A stretch of 62,426 bases of DNA, the filler included, from Sluysia triapertura (lineage: Eukaryota), in NCBI GenBank assembly GCA_046118255.1. It is 5 parts of 5 records of this genome, joined end to end, with 100 filler letters (N's around TTAATTAATTAA, not from the genome) between each part and the next. Parts side by side here need not be neighbours in the genome. Positions count along the whole stretch, not along the records: positions 1 to 15,597 come from JBJNIA010223796.1; 4 more parts are not named here. One strand, 5' to 3'. Below, in pieces: positions 1-14,064 of the stretch. Below the pieces are notes generated by a model. The model was given only the letters and a program-made list of their open reading frames with translations, was not told where the DNA came from and did no database searches. Every line of letters begins with the position of its first letter. Position 1 is the stretch's first letter. The translations under genes and the position numbers were made by a program.

Positions 1-53
1 TATCGATTATTAAAATTTAAATATTAATTTGTGTGATTTCCTTTTTTTGTTAT

Positions 54-85
54 CGGGCCGCACGTTGGACATGGCTGTTCTAGAC
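54..85 (-). mobile_element. hAT (Charlie/SPIN-like) terminal inverted repeat with probable TSD
   Basis: Reverse complement of 54-77 is CAGCCATGTCCAACGTGCGGCCCG, a typical hAT end. It is flanked by TTCTAGAC (78-85), matching the NTCTAGAN target consensus, and it interrupts the cyclin C fragment. Confidence 0.7.
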
Positions 86-345
86 ATTAGTGGTCATGGA
101 TCACAGTAATTTAAGAAATACATTGTATAAAATCTTTTAGAATGCATCATTGCTGCTGATATAACTTCTTGTCGAACACTAAGTCGTTCGTCAAATGTAA
201 AAACATCATCATTAAAAAGTATCAACTCTTGACTTTCATCTACATTATCTAATTTATCATTATCACTTTGACTATTTTTCAAAATATCATGTTTGTCTAA
301 TAACAATTCCAAATAATGAGAACTTGTCCAAAAATTATTAGTCAT
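82..345 (-). pseudogene. CCNC: Cyclin C N-terminal fragment (intronless, premature TGA, cut by hAT insertion)
   Basis: MTNNFWTSSHYLELLLDKHDI...LSVRQEVISAAMMHSKRFY...CDP*PLM resembles cyclin C MAGNFWQSSHYLQWILDKQDL...LKLRQQVIATATVYFKRFY...IDPVLM. Confidence 0.85.
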
Positions 346-933
346 TTTGAAATTTAAATTACAAAAATGTTATATCTTTTTATTTTTAGGCTACGAATTA
401 TTTTTAAGCGTGAACGTTATATTTTACTTCTGAATAATTATGTTTTAAACTCATGTAACAAAATGTTATGCCAAAAAATAAAATTTCTTTAATATCTCTT
501 ATTTTATTGCACACAAATTCTTGGCTACTTCACAAATTCACAATTGGACATACATTTATAATTTAAGTCTTAAGAGCAACAAAATGTACAGTAATAAGAC
601 TGATTTGGCGTGCAATCAAATAAAAATCAAAATTTAAATTGGTGCATTTAAAATTTTATTGAGCTTGTTATGGAAACGATATCTATTGGATGTTTAAAAT
701 TATGTGTGGCAAAAGGCACGCTACTAAAATGTATTAAATAATGACTATCAGCAATGACAATGGATGATGTGTACAAATTGAAACTATCATTACTGATAGT
801 GGCAGTTACTGCAAATAATATTATAAGTGTGTATTGCTAATGATTATATCGATACTAATGAAATGGTATACAAAAATATAAATGATAATAATAACAAAAT
901 TATGTAAAAACATACAATATTGAAATCAAAAAG

Positions 934-990
934 CATAAATCTTATACTTTGTTAGATACATGATCTTTCTTTTGTTTATCTTCTTTCTTA
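934..990. promoter_or_regulatory. Conserved upstream box of chimeric family (copy 1)
   Basis: CATAAA...TACATGATCTTTCT aligns by eye with 16885-16950 and with the reverse complement of 42945-43008. Confidence 0.6.
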
Positions 991-1445
991 AAATAATATT
1001 TATTTAATTATAATGTAAAAAGATATAATTGAAATTAATGTTTTTAAAGTTCCTAAAGAATGAATGTTGAAGGATTGTGAACCTAGGAAGTTTTAAATTA
1101 ATTTTCACGTTTTCAATGATAATTTAAGATGTAATTGTGGTTCTAATGTTATGGATAATGAATAAAATGTTTTAAATGAATTTTTAAATGTACATATATG
1201 TTTTTGAATATATGTGTAGTTTGGATATTGAAAGATTGTGAATTTAAATGTTTTAAAGTATGAAAAGGTTCTAATAGTGTGAGTAGGTAAAATATAAAAT
1301 GTTAATACATATGATATTGTGAATAAAAAATATAATTTTAACCTTAAGCTAAATGCTGTCCACCACCAACTGATTAATGATCTTTACTCATTGTATATCA
1401 AAATTAAAGTGAAGATTTGCTTTGTACAGTTACAAGACATAAGAC

Positions 1446-1510
1446 GTTTACTGTAACCGGACCCTGCTCAAAATATTTTTGCCGTAGGTTTAGATTTAAG
1501 AAAATCACAG
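1446..1510. repeat. Dispersed repeat; inverted copy at about 9158-9218
   Basis: GTTTACTGTAACCGGACCCTGCTCAAAATATTTT matches reverse complement GTTTAATGTAACCGGACCCTTCTAAAAAATATTTT. Confidence 0.65.
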
Positions 1511-1721
1511 CATTAGTATCAATAATAGTTTACACGTATAGTGATTGCCTATTTGTTATCATATAGTGTATAATGTATTTAATGGTATTCGTAAAAATAA
1601 GAAGTTGCTCTTATTTTTAAATAAGAATTTCACTTAGACAAATAATTAACTAACGATTTTAACGTGAAAACACGAATAAGAGTTTTTTATTTATAATGCT
1701 TAGTACTTTCTTAATAAAAAT

Positions 1722-1800
1722 ATGTATAATTTGTATAATAAATGTATAATGTATAATAAAATGTATAATAAAGAAATGTATAATCTTTAATTTGTATAAC
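1722..1800. repeat. Degenerate ATGTATAAT minisatellite
   Basis: About 7 imperfect TGTATAA(T) units. Confidence 0.7.
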
Positions 1801-4219
1801 TAAAACTGTAAATCTTCTGAAATTATGTTGATTTAAAATTATTCAAATCTTTATAGTTTTTTATAAATCATGTTTATTAGTCGATATATTATTGATATGT
1901 CTAATAATATTTTCATAATTTATATCTCTAATAGTGATAATATTAATATTATTTATTTTCGCCATAATGTTTATTATTTTCTATTTCTAAAAATTAATAA
2001 ATTTAATTTTTAAATTTTTATATTTAATACTATAAATTTGTTAATTATGATACTACGAAGTTTAGTATTCACGTTATTTCGATTTTATAGGTAGTTGAAT
2101 TAGTTTATCCAAGTACTTAGAACATTATGTAAAAATGAGCCTCCAATATTAACACGCATCAAGTTTATTATTGTCAGTTTACAAATTCTCGTAAAAATGA
2201 TTAAATTTTTTAAATTGAAGAGAGTAGGGGCTGAAATTATTCTCGTTAATAATTTAATTCTCAATTACAAAGTCTAATTTTATATTTTAGACCATTTTTA
2301 TTAATTCTTCACTCAATGTTATGAAAATGTTAGTCGATTTATGTTGCTCTGATTATGAGTACCTGAGTAATTCTAGTTATCATTGGTAAATATTAACGAT
2401 AGAACTAATCTGAAGTTACTTTATCCACCAATATTGTTAGTTAATGATTTTATGTCTAACGTTAAATTTAAATTTAAAATTTTACTGAACTTGAATACGA
2501 ATCTTATTAATTTTTTTATATTAAACTTTTCTCTGTTATTTCTTTAGCTTAGTCATGATTATAATACGCATAAAGCATTTTTTGGTTAACATCACAACTA
2601 TCTAATAAAATCAATTAAAATTCTTATTTTCTCAAATAGAAACTTATTTTCTAAAAAGGAAAACTTCTTTTTGAAAATTCGCTTCTAAATCTTACTATTA
2701 TTCAGTTATTAACGTAACACCTTTTTATTTAATGTAAAATCATTTACATTAGACTGGTCTGGATCTCATTCACAATATGGAAACATCAAATTATTCAGCA
2801 AGATTAAAATATATTTAAATCAAACTGTGCTTAAATTAAAGCTGCACTAATATTAAAGAAAATGTGAAAGAATATTATGCTAAAGCTAAATCTCACAATT
2901 TCAAATTGGTGATAAGAGTTTAAGTTATGATTCAATTGTGAACAAAGTCCAATCTCCTAAATTTAATAACCATTTAAGTGACCATACAAAGTTATCTCTA
3001 CGAATTTAGAAGTAACATTAAATAAAAATAATAAAACTAAAATATTCATTCAAGCATATATAAATTTGTAGCAATTGATATCTGTTTTAATTTATGATGT
3101 AAAATATAAATACCAATAAATCAAGTGTATTGTAAGCAAAAACTTTAAAAAATTCAGAACAGTTTAAAAAGATCAAAGATTATTTCAACTTTACTATTTA
3201 TTATTATTTGGTGAAACTTATTTATTAAGGCTAATGCTTGAAAAGCAAAACAATGCACAAAGAATCTTCATTAAAATTTAGAAGGAATATTTTCTGCTGT
3301 CTGTCCATTTAATGCGTTATTCTATTGTAAACTCTTCTGCTCTTAACGTCACTTTAATGTCATCAAGTATATAAAAGATCTTATATTTTCATTAGAGGCT
3401 CTAAAATAATAATTTTAAAAACTGCTACACAAATTTAACCATACAAATTAGCATTTCCAGATTATTTCAACTGTATCCTTGAATATAACACATCTATTAA
3501 TAATCTTAAACCATTCAGGATTAACTACCAATAATTCATAGTGGCCTTCTTACCCTCAAAACGAATGGCCATGAACAATTAAACGAGAAAATAACTATCT
3601 AGAAATTATAAACACTCGATAATTTTTCTTCAATAATCTTATCTTTTGCATTCCTTGTTGGATGTTTTAATTCAAATATAAATTATTATCCCACGCGAAC
3701 TAAAAAATAGCAGTATGGATTCCTATAATAATGAAGCACAAATGCCGTACTGAAAATAAGAAAAATTTCGAAAAAGTTGACTATATCTCAATAAGGAATG
3801 AGATTATAATATTTCACATTGTTAATACTGTACTGATACCTTTGATAATGAACCACACTGAGAATATGAAGGTAATAAAAACAATTTTTCATCAAAACCA
3901 ATTTGTATACAATGCCATCCAAGCCTACAACTACAGCACAGAAACTAGCCATAGTTCCAAAAGATGTTTAGAAGTCTCACTTCAAAGTATCTATTTTAAT
4001 ATTTGAAGGCGTTCAAAGAATATCTCTAAACTATGTTATTATCGTATTTATTAAGGTTACATATAAAAATAAGTTTCTTGTTAGTCACGTTATGAACTTT
4101 CTTAAAATATTACTTAAGGTAATTTTAAAACTTTATTTACTCTCCTTACACCGATATCTACATCAAAACAACACATGGAACATTTAATTGGTAAAACAAA
4201 TATAATAAAACTTATCGCA

Positions 4220-5290
4220 TTCAGTTTGCGATCATCAAAAACCATATACTTCGCAGTATTTAGCGGATTCTATTCGGGAATCATCAGACTTTGATTGACG
4301 AACATCACTATCTTCTTCGTTGATCTCAACCATGTCTTTTATTTCTTACACTTGAATGATGCCACCTTGACAGGTTTTACTAGTGATCATGAGTTTATGA
4401 TTAATGGCATAAAGCCTTTTAAGATATAAGATTCCTTTAGCTAGTTCAACTTCATCTTGATGTAAATCCTGTAGCTTTTTAAAATCACACAAAATTTGAA
4501 TTGCGCTTGAAGTACAAGGTTCATGAGTATCATGATGAATGTCGCATCATTCACAAAATCAGTTACATCATTTCGCAGAGACAATTCAGTTTCATTAAGT
4601 AAATTAATTGCCGTTAAACTCTAAGAAATATTTTTAATAAATTATACGTTGGATTAACTAAAAGCTTTTTGAAATAGTGAGCGTTTTTTATGTGATATTC
4701 CAAGGTTTAGCTTCATTTAACTGAACACGTGGTGAAAATAGTCCTCTATATTTGAAAACTTCTGACAAGGCATAATGTGCATCTGTCTCGGTATCACTAC
4801 TTGTTTTTACTAGCAGCATCTACTGACAACTTAGATTCCATATACAAGTCGGTTAAAATTACATACTTAACTCGAACTGGTTTTGAAGATCACGAGCAAA
4901 ACATCGCTTAAGATAATCTACTGCTGCTTTACTGATACAATAGCTTAACATATTTTAAAAATACTTAGAACCAGCTGCACTAGAAACATTAACAATTGAT
5001 TCTTTGGACGTTAGCAAATAATTTACTAAGGCATTTGTAAGAAGTAATATTTAAGGAACATTAATATTCATTACATCATCATACTTTTTGCTTTAACATT
5101 TTCCAAACTTTTTTCAACATCATCGGATAATTTGATAATTATATGTTCATTTCTAAAACAAACTTCTGACTAAGATACTTCTTTTTTTCATTGCATTTTT
5201 CTAATATCTTTTATACTGTCTTCTGAACGACCTCTAATAAATAAGTGTACTCCAAGTTCGGCAAATAAATTCCACTACTAGCATCCGTTA
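4220..5290 (-). pseudogene. Decayed multi-exon gene with very short introns, possibly helical/TPR-like
   Basis: GT-AG mini-introns at about 4621-4647, 4823-4866 and 4932-4964 separate coding-like segments (KAAVDYLKRCFARDLQNQFE; TETDAHYALSEVFKY; LQDLHQDEVELAKGILYLKRLY) that contain stops and frameshifts. Confidence 0.45.
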
Positions 5291-7386
5291 TAAGTGCTAC
5301 TTTATAAATTAAATAAAGGTTTTCATATTTTTATTTTTAAATAGTTACTCGATTAAAACAAATATATTTAATATGTGTGTCATAATGGTTGGTAATAATC
5401 AAATCGTAAAGAAAGTAAACGAGGAAAATATTAATACTTATGAAATGTATGCGATAAAAATGAAAACTAAGGACTTTTAATATAGAATACATTTTATTTT
5501 AATTAACATATATGTTCTAATATTTTAATCTGCATCCGTTCAAACATACCGATTAATTCGAACTCAGAAGCTTTTTGTAAAGGTGCCACTCCAATGGTAA
5601 TTTTAATAATAAATAACTATTTGAGTTCTGTTGTTATACAACTTCTTTGATCTAATTTATTTGCTATTTCATTGTTCCTGGTGGTATTAAAATACCGAAC
5701 TTCTCAATTAACATTATGAACATTTCTTATTTAGATACATTATCCTGTCAATGACAAATCATAGCACACAAACTAAAAAGGTACCGTAAAAATTGCTTTG
5801 GGAATAAATGCCTAAATAACACATACAACCGAAGTAACACTACATTTCCAAATTTCTTAATGTATAGGACTTCTTTTTGTCAAAAGCTCCTGTCAGAAAT
5901 CATTAAATTTTAAACTGACAGTCAATTAATTCATAAATAGATCAAACAATACCACATCCACTCGACTATTCAACTGGCTTATCTAAATCCTTGCGAAGAC
6001 TTACAAAAGATAACACATAAAATATTGTTTTTCCAATTGAAATATTGCATTTATTGTTATATTTATTATTGTGTGTTATTGTAGTAGCTATTTTTATACA
6101 TATAAACTTTTAAACATTTTATTCGATTAGATTTGATTATATCTATATCTATATAATTATAATTATATCTATAAACAAAGTTAATTAATTTTCTTATCAC
6201 AATTTACCCACCATGAGAGCCACATTTAGCTAAATTCTATTTTTATAAAATTGTATAAAAATAACGAAAATCCTTCTGTACTTACTTTACAACTTAAAGC
6301 TCAAAAGCCAAAATATCTTCTTAAACACCAAAAGTACTATGTGAAGTATTTTCAAAAATTTCATAGTTTAAAATTTTAATATTGATGGAATCTTTGTTTT
6401 GAGCAAATATAATTTGTAAATTAACATTGTTGTTTTCGTATTGGTAGACTAAAAAGAGATTAAATGATTGAGATTATATTTACATCTGCACGGTAACTCA
6501 TAATTAACTTTATAAAGTTTAACATTCTAATTCGATATAGAGCTGTGTTATAAACTACAATAAAGTAAACAAAGATAATGAAACATCAAACTTTTAATGA
6601 AATCTTAAACTTAAATAAAATGGTGCATTACTTTTGGGACAATCTAATAAATAAAATCATTATAAACAAAAATTCGATTAATTTTATATACCTTTTATTT
6701 GACATAAAGTAAATTTATTATCTACCCTATATCTATTATTTATTCATCGTTAATTTTATTTTCTAAATATTTGAATTTATATAAAGATAAATATGAAAGA
6801 ATGAAAAATAAAAATTAAAGAATTGTGACAAGGTAAAATAAAAATTATTCTGAATGTTCAAAAATTAATTTATTGTTGAAAAAGAAATATTTACAGATAT
6901 TTCAGTAAAAATAAAGATTTTCACGACTTGTATAAGAAAGACTGTACAATCTTCTTCACTGAAACTTCTCTATGGTGACAATTGGAGCTCTTCGAACGAA
7001 ATAAAATAAATCTATTTATTAGAAATAGAAGTTAGTAAAAGTTAACATTTTTAATATCACTATTATAAATCTTGAAACATCAAGTTTATTTAATTTTACT
7101 GATAAAAAACCAAATAATATGATCATTTAAAGACTTTTGCATTTAAGAGTCTTTCAGTCACAATCAGAACAAGAATATTATTTGATTTTTTTCTTTAAAT
7201 TTATTATCCAATAAATATTTTAGATCCTCATTTCGAAATGTATCCAACTACAAAATAAAGTGCAATTTCGATGAACAATGCAGAACTACTACTATTAAAG
7301 TGCGAATACTCGATAAATGCTACTTCAGAATAATGTCAGGTTCTTTCACGTTTACAAAATAAGTTGATCAATTACAAAATTCGTGT

Positions 7387-7388
<2 letters not shown>

Positions 7389-7448
<60 letters not shown>
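7389..7448. repeat. (AAT)n microsatellite
   Basis: Perfect trinucleotide run. Confidence 0.95.
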
Positions 7449-7450
<2 letters not shown>

Positions 7451-8554
7451 CAATATTGTTCATGCAATACAACTTAAGATATCATCTCATAGACTTGTTA
7501 GAATGTATTAATGATAAAAATAAAAATAAACAAGAAAAAATGACAACAAAATATAAACATTACAACATTACATCTACACAAAAGATAATTGTCCAGAAAA
7601 TATTGTAAAAATGTAACCTTTATTTTCAACCATTGTTACACTTGTAAAACATAATAAAAGATCGATATCTTTAACAAAAAAATTGTCAAACATTTTTAAT
7701 GAGAAACATTTTTAAAAACAACAAATTAAATTTTATCTTAATTATTATTCTTGTATTATTCGTACTTATAAATTTAATTAATAAAAAATTGAAAACTAAT
7801 TATTGATTTAAAAATAAAAATTATGTTTACAAATAAAAGAAGAAGAAGAAGAAATCTATCGGGATTTATTTTAAATGATATTTACCATTTCAAATTTAAA
7901 TAAGTTTATAGAAAATAAATTAAAATTGAAAATTTTGTTTACTTATTACTGTTAATAGATAATTAGTGAATATTGGAAAGTTAGTTAAACATTTAAATAA
8001 TAAAACCTTTTATATTAGTTTGTTTGTAAGAAATTTAATTTTAAAATATGATAAGTAAAGAAGATATGTTGAAGTATTCAATTTAAACTATTGCTTTTAC
8101 ATATTGAAAATTGTGTTAATCCTTGTTAAATTAATACCAGAAATAATAATAATAATAATAATTTTTCAATAAAACATTCTCATTACAGTTTACAGTAGTA
8201 TATTTACAACTGAAATTTGAAAATCAACGAAGGACTTTTTTCTGCTTATGTTGTTTTTTTCTTCTTTTACTGATCGAAAATTGGGAAGATTAATCAGGAT
8301 TAAGTTTTGTTTTTGTGTATATATGTATCTGTTTTTATTCCGCTGGTATTAAAACAATGCATAGAAAAAAATTGAAATTGATTTTAGGGCCGAAAAAAAT
8401 TGATTTATCTTTTTAACCTTAAAGAAATTTTGTAATTGCAGATTTGGTGAGTTTAAAAACGCATTAGGATAGGATAAAACGGAGATATATTGTTTTCATT
8501 GTTTAATAAATTATTTTCATTAATTAATAAAAATTAGCTTAAGTTTTTCTTGTA

Positions 8555-8555
<1 letters not shown>

Positions 8556-8619
<64 letters not shown>
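8556..8619. repeat. (ATT)n microsatellite
   Basis: Perfect trinucleotide run. Confidence 0.95.
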
Positions 8620-8620
<1 letters not shown>

Positions 8621-9579
8621 TTTTACAAAAAATTACGACGCAAAGAAATAATTTATAATTTATTATTAAGAAAAAAATTATTATATTATAAAACTGAAGG
8701 CTTCTTCTATAAACTGTCATTCAACCTATGGTGCTGTTCTTAGGGACTTTACTAATGAAAGAAAGCTAATAAATTTTTTGCGAAAAATTGCGTATTTATG
8801 CTTATGTTAAAAATGTTTTTCTTTTAGTATCATATTATATTTAAGGAAGCTTTGGAATAATATGAATTGTAGTTGAATATGGATTTGTGATACAAGAAAA
8901 ATAAATATTCAATGAATGTTTTGAGATCAATCCTACTCTAGAAGTAACTCGGTGAATAAAGTATGTGCGTGGAACGAAATGGTACCTGTGAATATTTTGC
9001 TATGTTATATATTTCTATGTTAAGCTCACTATTAACGTGTCATTCGAAGGTTTGCATAAAATTGAGATTTTATACTTTTTCTTCAGTAAATCGAATTAGT
9101 TTAACCCATTAACACACACTTTTTTTGAGAAAACAGGCAAAAACAAATTTTAGAACTGTTGTAGTTTTCTTAATTTACAACAAAATATTTTTTAGAAGGG
9201 TCCGGTTACATTAAACAATTTACAACGCGGAGTGGTCGTTCCTGTAAAAATAAGTTAATAAATCTTATCGCACAATTTAAAGTGATTTTTGTATTCACTT
9301 ATAAGATTTTTCTTGCGTGTGTAACTATAATATTCTTTATTTTGAGGATCATAAAACTAATTACTCTTTTTATTCACTGTAACATTTTAAATGTATTTAG
9401 TATAATTTTCACTCCCTTAATTGATCATAAGAAACTACTAATCTTGTAATACTATGCTTTAAATGAAACAAAGATCAAACAAATACTTATATTCAAAATA
9501 TACAATGCACTTAAAATTTTTACAAAAATATCTTTATTACATTGATAAAATTAATAAACAAGAAAAACAGATCTAGTAA

Positions 9580-10394
9580 TCAAATATATATAACCACATG
9601 TTCGTCACTTGGATACAATTTATACGCCGCACTACAGTCCTTTACCACACGTTTCAGAAAAACATAAATAACTTTACAAGATTTAAAACTTAACATGATT
9701 ACATTACTTAAGTTATAACTATCTTTTAAATTGAAATTAATATAAAAGCTTTTATAAAATTCAAATTTAAGTATTTGCATTAAACGAAAAATTTTACCAT
9801 ATAAAATAAAATAATGACAATCAAATATTAAATTTGTCAAAATAATAGTAATTAGTTTTATTGTAGATATATTATGGTTAAAGATAATGTTGCTAAACAA
9901 ATAACACATAACTAATGTAGGGTTAGTAATCATTTTTATTATCAACATTTCTTTAACTTCAAGGTTGCAGAAACATTTCAAATAATATTCCATATAATCA
10001 TAAATAGAATATCTAAAAGGATATTCTAATTGGTTACAAAACAAATATATAACTAATGTAGTGTTAGTGATCATCTTTGTTACCAACACTTTTTTAACTT
10101 CAAGCGATTTTAAATGATCAAATTCTGGTTCATGGTTGGTAAATGTATAATGTACCACAAATCTACTATGCGACGAACTACATTATGATTCCTTTTGAAC
10201 ACTACTATTCGACTACCTTTATCACCAGTAGCCACAAAACTTACGGATTCATCAAATTCAAGACAAAATATATCAGCATCATTAGCATCTTTTGTTGTGC
10301 TTTTCATTTGAGAAAAGTACCAATCCATATTTATTTTTAATTCTTCCTATGTAACATCATTTCCACAAGCTTCCATTTTAAACACGGTATCCAT
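9580..10394 (-). pseudogene. PPP2R2: Chimeric ORF: PP2A B55 (PPP2R2/twins) N-terminal fragment + 141-bp duplicated segment + unrelated tail
   Basis: DWYFSQMK...ADIFCLEFDESVSFVATGDKGSRIVVF, then after a frameshift YTFTNHEPEFDHLKSLEV, match B55 WCFSQVKG...ADIISTVEF...LATGDKGGRVVIF...STFQSHEPEFDYLKSLEI. There is an in-frame TAG after the ATG at 10394. Homology ends at KSLEV. Confidence 0.85.
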
Positions 10395-10539
10395 TTATAA
10401 AATTATCGAGTCACAACGTTAATGTTTTAAAAAAATTTAAATTTCTATTTTGTGACTTTTTAGGTGGTTGACTGTCTATTTATATGATACACACATGTTA
10501 TTAAGGCACTATGAATTTGATTGGCCATTGTGTGCTTAT

Positions 10540-10775
10540 TATAATTATTGTCATCATAATCGTCATTATTGTCATTATCATCGTAATCATTGTGATCATA
10601 TCGTCATCACTATTATTATAATCGTTATCATTATCATCATTACTACCATTATAATCATCATCACTATCACTATAATTACCATTATTTCTATCACGTTAAT
10701 CATCATCATTATCACTATAATTATCATCATTATTATCATTATTTCTATTACTACCAATTTTAATAGTAGTAGTAA
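10540..10775. repeat. Degenerate (ATC/ATT)n trinucleotide tract upstream of the B55 chimera
   Basis: Low-complexity tract; it produces the spurious poly-Ile ORF. Confidence 0.85.
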
Positions 10776-11299
10776 TTAGATTTAAATTTGGGATTAGAAT
10801 GCGGTTATTTATTATTTTTGTTATAACCAGACAATTCATTATTAAATGTATGGACTTAATTTCCATTCAGAATGAAAAGTACAAAAATAAAAGGTACAAT
10901 TAAACTAAAATTTATATACCTTGTCAAACTAAATATAATAGTTAAATTATTTTGTAACTTTTGATTTTAAAAAAAAGTATTATAAACTAATTGAGATAAA
11001 CGACTTTACAAAAGCCGCAAACCCTGTGAATATTCTCCTGCACTCAATCTCCTGCACTCAGTTACACAAATTAAATTCTTGGCAAAAATAAATGATTTAT
11101 GATGTATTATGAAATTGAAGTTTGAAACAAGTTTATTAAGTTTTTTTATTATAGAGTAACAAATTGTAAACTATGATATATTTTTATAGACCATGTTTTT
11201 TCATTGAAACCAATCGTTCTGACTTAATTTATAGTAATTATGTGAATGTGTTGAGTTTTTATTGTACTTTCAACTCGATCTATATTATATTTGAACTTC

Positions 11300-11683
11300 A
11301 GGCTCCCAAACATATTTTCCTATCCAAACCATCTTCAAGTTGAATAATATCACTACTTTCTTCACGTACAATTGAAGAAGTCAAACGAACTAAACATTTT
11401 ACTTCTAGATCACCAATTCTCTTAATAACTAAACATAATTCTTGTCCACCTATAGCCAATTCGATCGTTTCATTAGGCCGTTATTCTTTTAATTTTTCTG
11501 ACAATCTTTTAAAAAGTCCATTAACTAATTTCATTGTTGGCCATTTAGGACAAAGCAGTACTAATGCAACGGTTGTGTCTTGTTTGAGAAGTAAACCCTT
11601 TGCTAATGGATCAACTCGCATTGCACCGCACAAAGCCTTTTCTGTACTTTCTTTGCACTTGTAGCTATCATCAATAATCGATT
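11300..11683 (-). pseudogene. ZFR: ZFR/ILF3/STRBP-family DZF-domain fragment
   Basis: KALCGAMRVDPLAKGLLLKQDTTVALVLLC...LTSSIVREE...DGLDRKICLGA* resembles ZFR [30 protein letters not shown]...LTSPIIREE...DVLDRQKCLDA. It has an internal TAA and is missed by the ORF track. Confidence 0.8.
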
Positions 11684-13949
11684 CTAATTTGTGAAAAGGT
11701 AAATTTGAAAAAATGGGAGATACAAGAAAAAGGATAGTGCGTCATGGTGATGACAAAAATAGCAATGAACGCTGAGTTTAATGTTTTGGCTAAAAATGTT
11801 AATAAAAGGAATTTTACTAGGCATTTGTGATTTTGTAATGATTAGTGGTGTAATGTTGTGAATGATATGGACAAGATTTTTTGTGATGAGGTTTGTGTAC
11901 ATGATTTATGTGATATATAGGTAGGTGTGGGCTGGGCCACCACACACCAAATTTGCACTTATCCGATAAAACGAAGTTTAATTTAAAATATATAATTCAA
12001 TTTTTTTAGTATTTTGATAGAAATAAGTCTTACTTTTTCGATACTATATGATATCAGAATTTTTAATAGATGAATAAATTTCTGTAGTTAAAATTATTCA
12101 AATACGAATAAACATAATCAGTGATTTAAATCTCGACACTTCGGATCTTCAATAAATAATCACTTAGTACTCCGGTGTAATTCTTTGATTCAAGATTTAA
12201 TCCTCATAGTAGGATCCAACTATGAAATTTAATGAAATTTAACAAAATGGAATCGACTGCTTTACAATTTAATAATTTTCTTCTAATGAAATCCATCTTA
12301 TTTATACCAAATTTTCTTCTAATTATAGGACTTGTTCATTAATTTGCCAATAAATGTCTCGTTCAACAATAATAGTGTTTACTTTTCTTCCATAATATTC
12401 TATGCATTGCCTTATATTATTTTATATTATATTATTTTAAAATACTTATATTATTTTATAATAGTGATTCCTTGTTTATAGTGTTTCCATAATCAGTTTC
12501 TTATATTATTTGTTACTACAGTAACTTTCTCCATAATGATTCCATAGTAATATATTTTATTATAGCGTATTATTTTATGATGTTTCATTAATTTATTATA
12601 ATTGTTTTAATTATTTTGATTATTATTTAATTATTTAATTACTTGAATATTCATACTAAAAATGTAAAAAATTAAAAAAGGTTAAGTGTGTAAATATTTG
12701 AATGAGTTGAAATGAACTCTTAATCTCTGGTGATAGTTTCGTTAAAACTTATCTGTTCTAGAAAATAAAAATGTATCCTTTGAAGCTGTCAAAATTCGAA
12801 AGGCTAAATTGATATAGATACAAACTTTAGTAACACATCAATATTTTAATTTATCTGAAGGTATATATACTTTATGTATTGTGTTTATTCTTTCTAGCAG
12901 CGTGAATTCGAATACTCGTCCAGTTATTCGGGATAGAAGTGCTTATCTACTAAACTATTCTTTTAAATTTTATTTAGTTAAGCTCTTGTTTTATTCTGAA
13001 TATCTCTTAGTATGAATCAATAATATAGTTATCAACGATAAACGATATAATATTGTATCATAGTATCGATCAATAATATGGTTATTAACGATAAAATGTA
13101 AAAATTAACAATTATAATGTAGTTTCGTATTAGAAATTTCACCAATAAAACAGTAACACTATTGTTAATAATATTAATAATTACACTAATATTCCAAGAT
13201 TTAATATGTATTATCAAAATTTCATGTAATATTAGCTTTTTAGTTTGAATGTTATTTAATTTTGATTTGAGATTATTTTTGTTTAATCATAATTTAAAAT
13301 GATTTTACTCGTTTATAATGCTCTTAAATATTGATTACATATAATTTTTATTTATTCTATCTGAATGGCAATTTAAGTTAATTTTGATCGAGAATAATAT
13401 TAATTTTTAATTACATACTAGTTTTATTTAATCTCAATTTAGTATGCTTTTTTCTTATTTATCGTAATATTCTAAATCATGTTTTTAAGATAATTTTTGA
13501 TCGAGTTTTATGCTTTAAGTTTGATTACATATTGTGGTTATTAATTCTTATTTTATAATAATTTTATTAACTATAAATAGGTAGGTTTGATTTTTATAAA
13601 TTTTAATTTCATATTATCTTTATTGAATCTCATTTTAGAATGATTATTTATACAATTTCAATTTAAGATTGATTGTTATGTGTTACTAAATTTTGAATTC
13701 ATATTATATGTATGAATCTCATTTTAATTTAATATAAGAGCATTATGATTTTGATGATAATTAAATTAATGAAAATTTAAAATTAAATAATTTTAGATTT
13801 ATTAAAAATGAAGTGAAAATTTGATTGAAATGAATTCAAAAATGAAAATTTGAAAATAACTTAGCATTATTATTTATTTTATAAATTGGTCATAGTTAAA
13901 AATAGACATTCGTTTTACAAAATTACAAAAAAAACAATTAGCATTCATT

Positions 13950-14060
13950 TTATAATAATAATATTATTATTATTAATAATAATAATAATATTAGCATTAA
14001 TAATAATAATAATAATAATATTAATATTAATATTAGTATTAATAATATTAATAATAATAT
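13950..14060. repeat. Degenerate (AAT)n tract at the end of a formin intron
   Basis: Imperfect trinucleotide repeat. Confidence 0.85.
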
Positions 14061-14064
14061 TTAG

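Noticed and set aside
10468-10779. Poly-Ile/poly-Asn ORFs (also 8520, 13886, 16825, 23022-23401)
   Set aside because: Translations of (AAT/ATT/ATC)n tracts.
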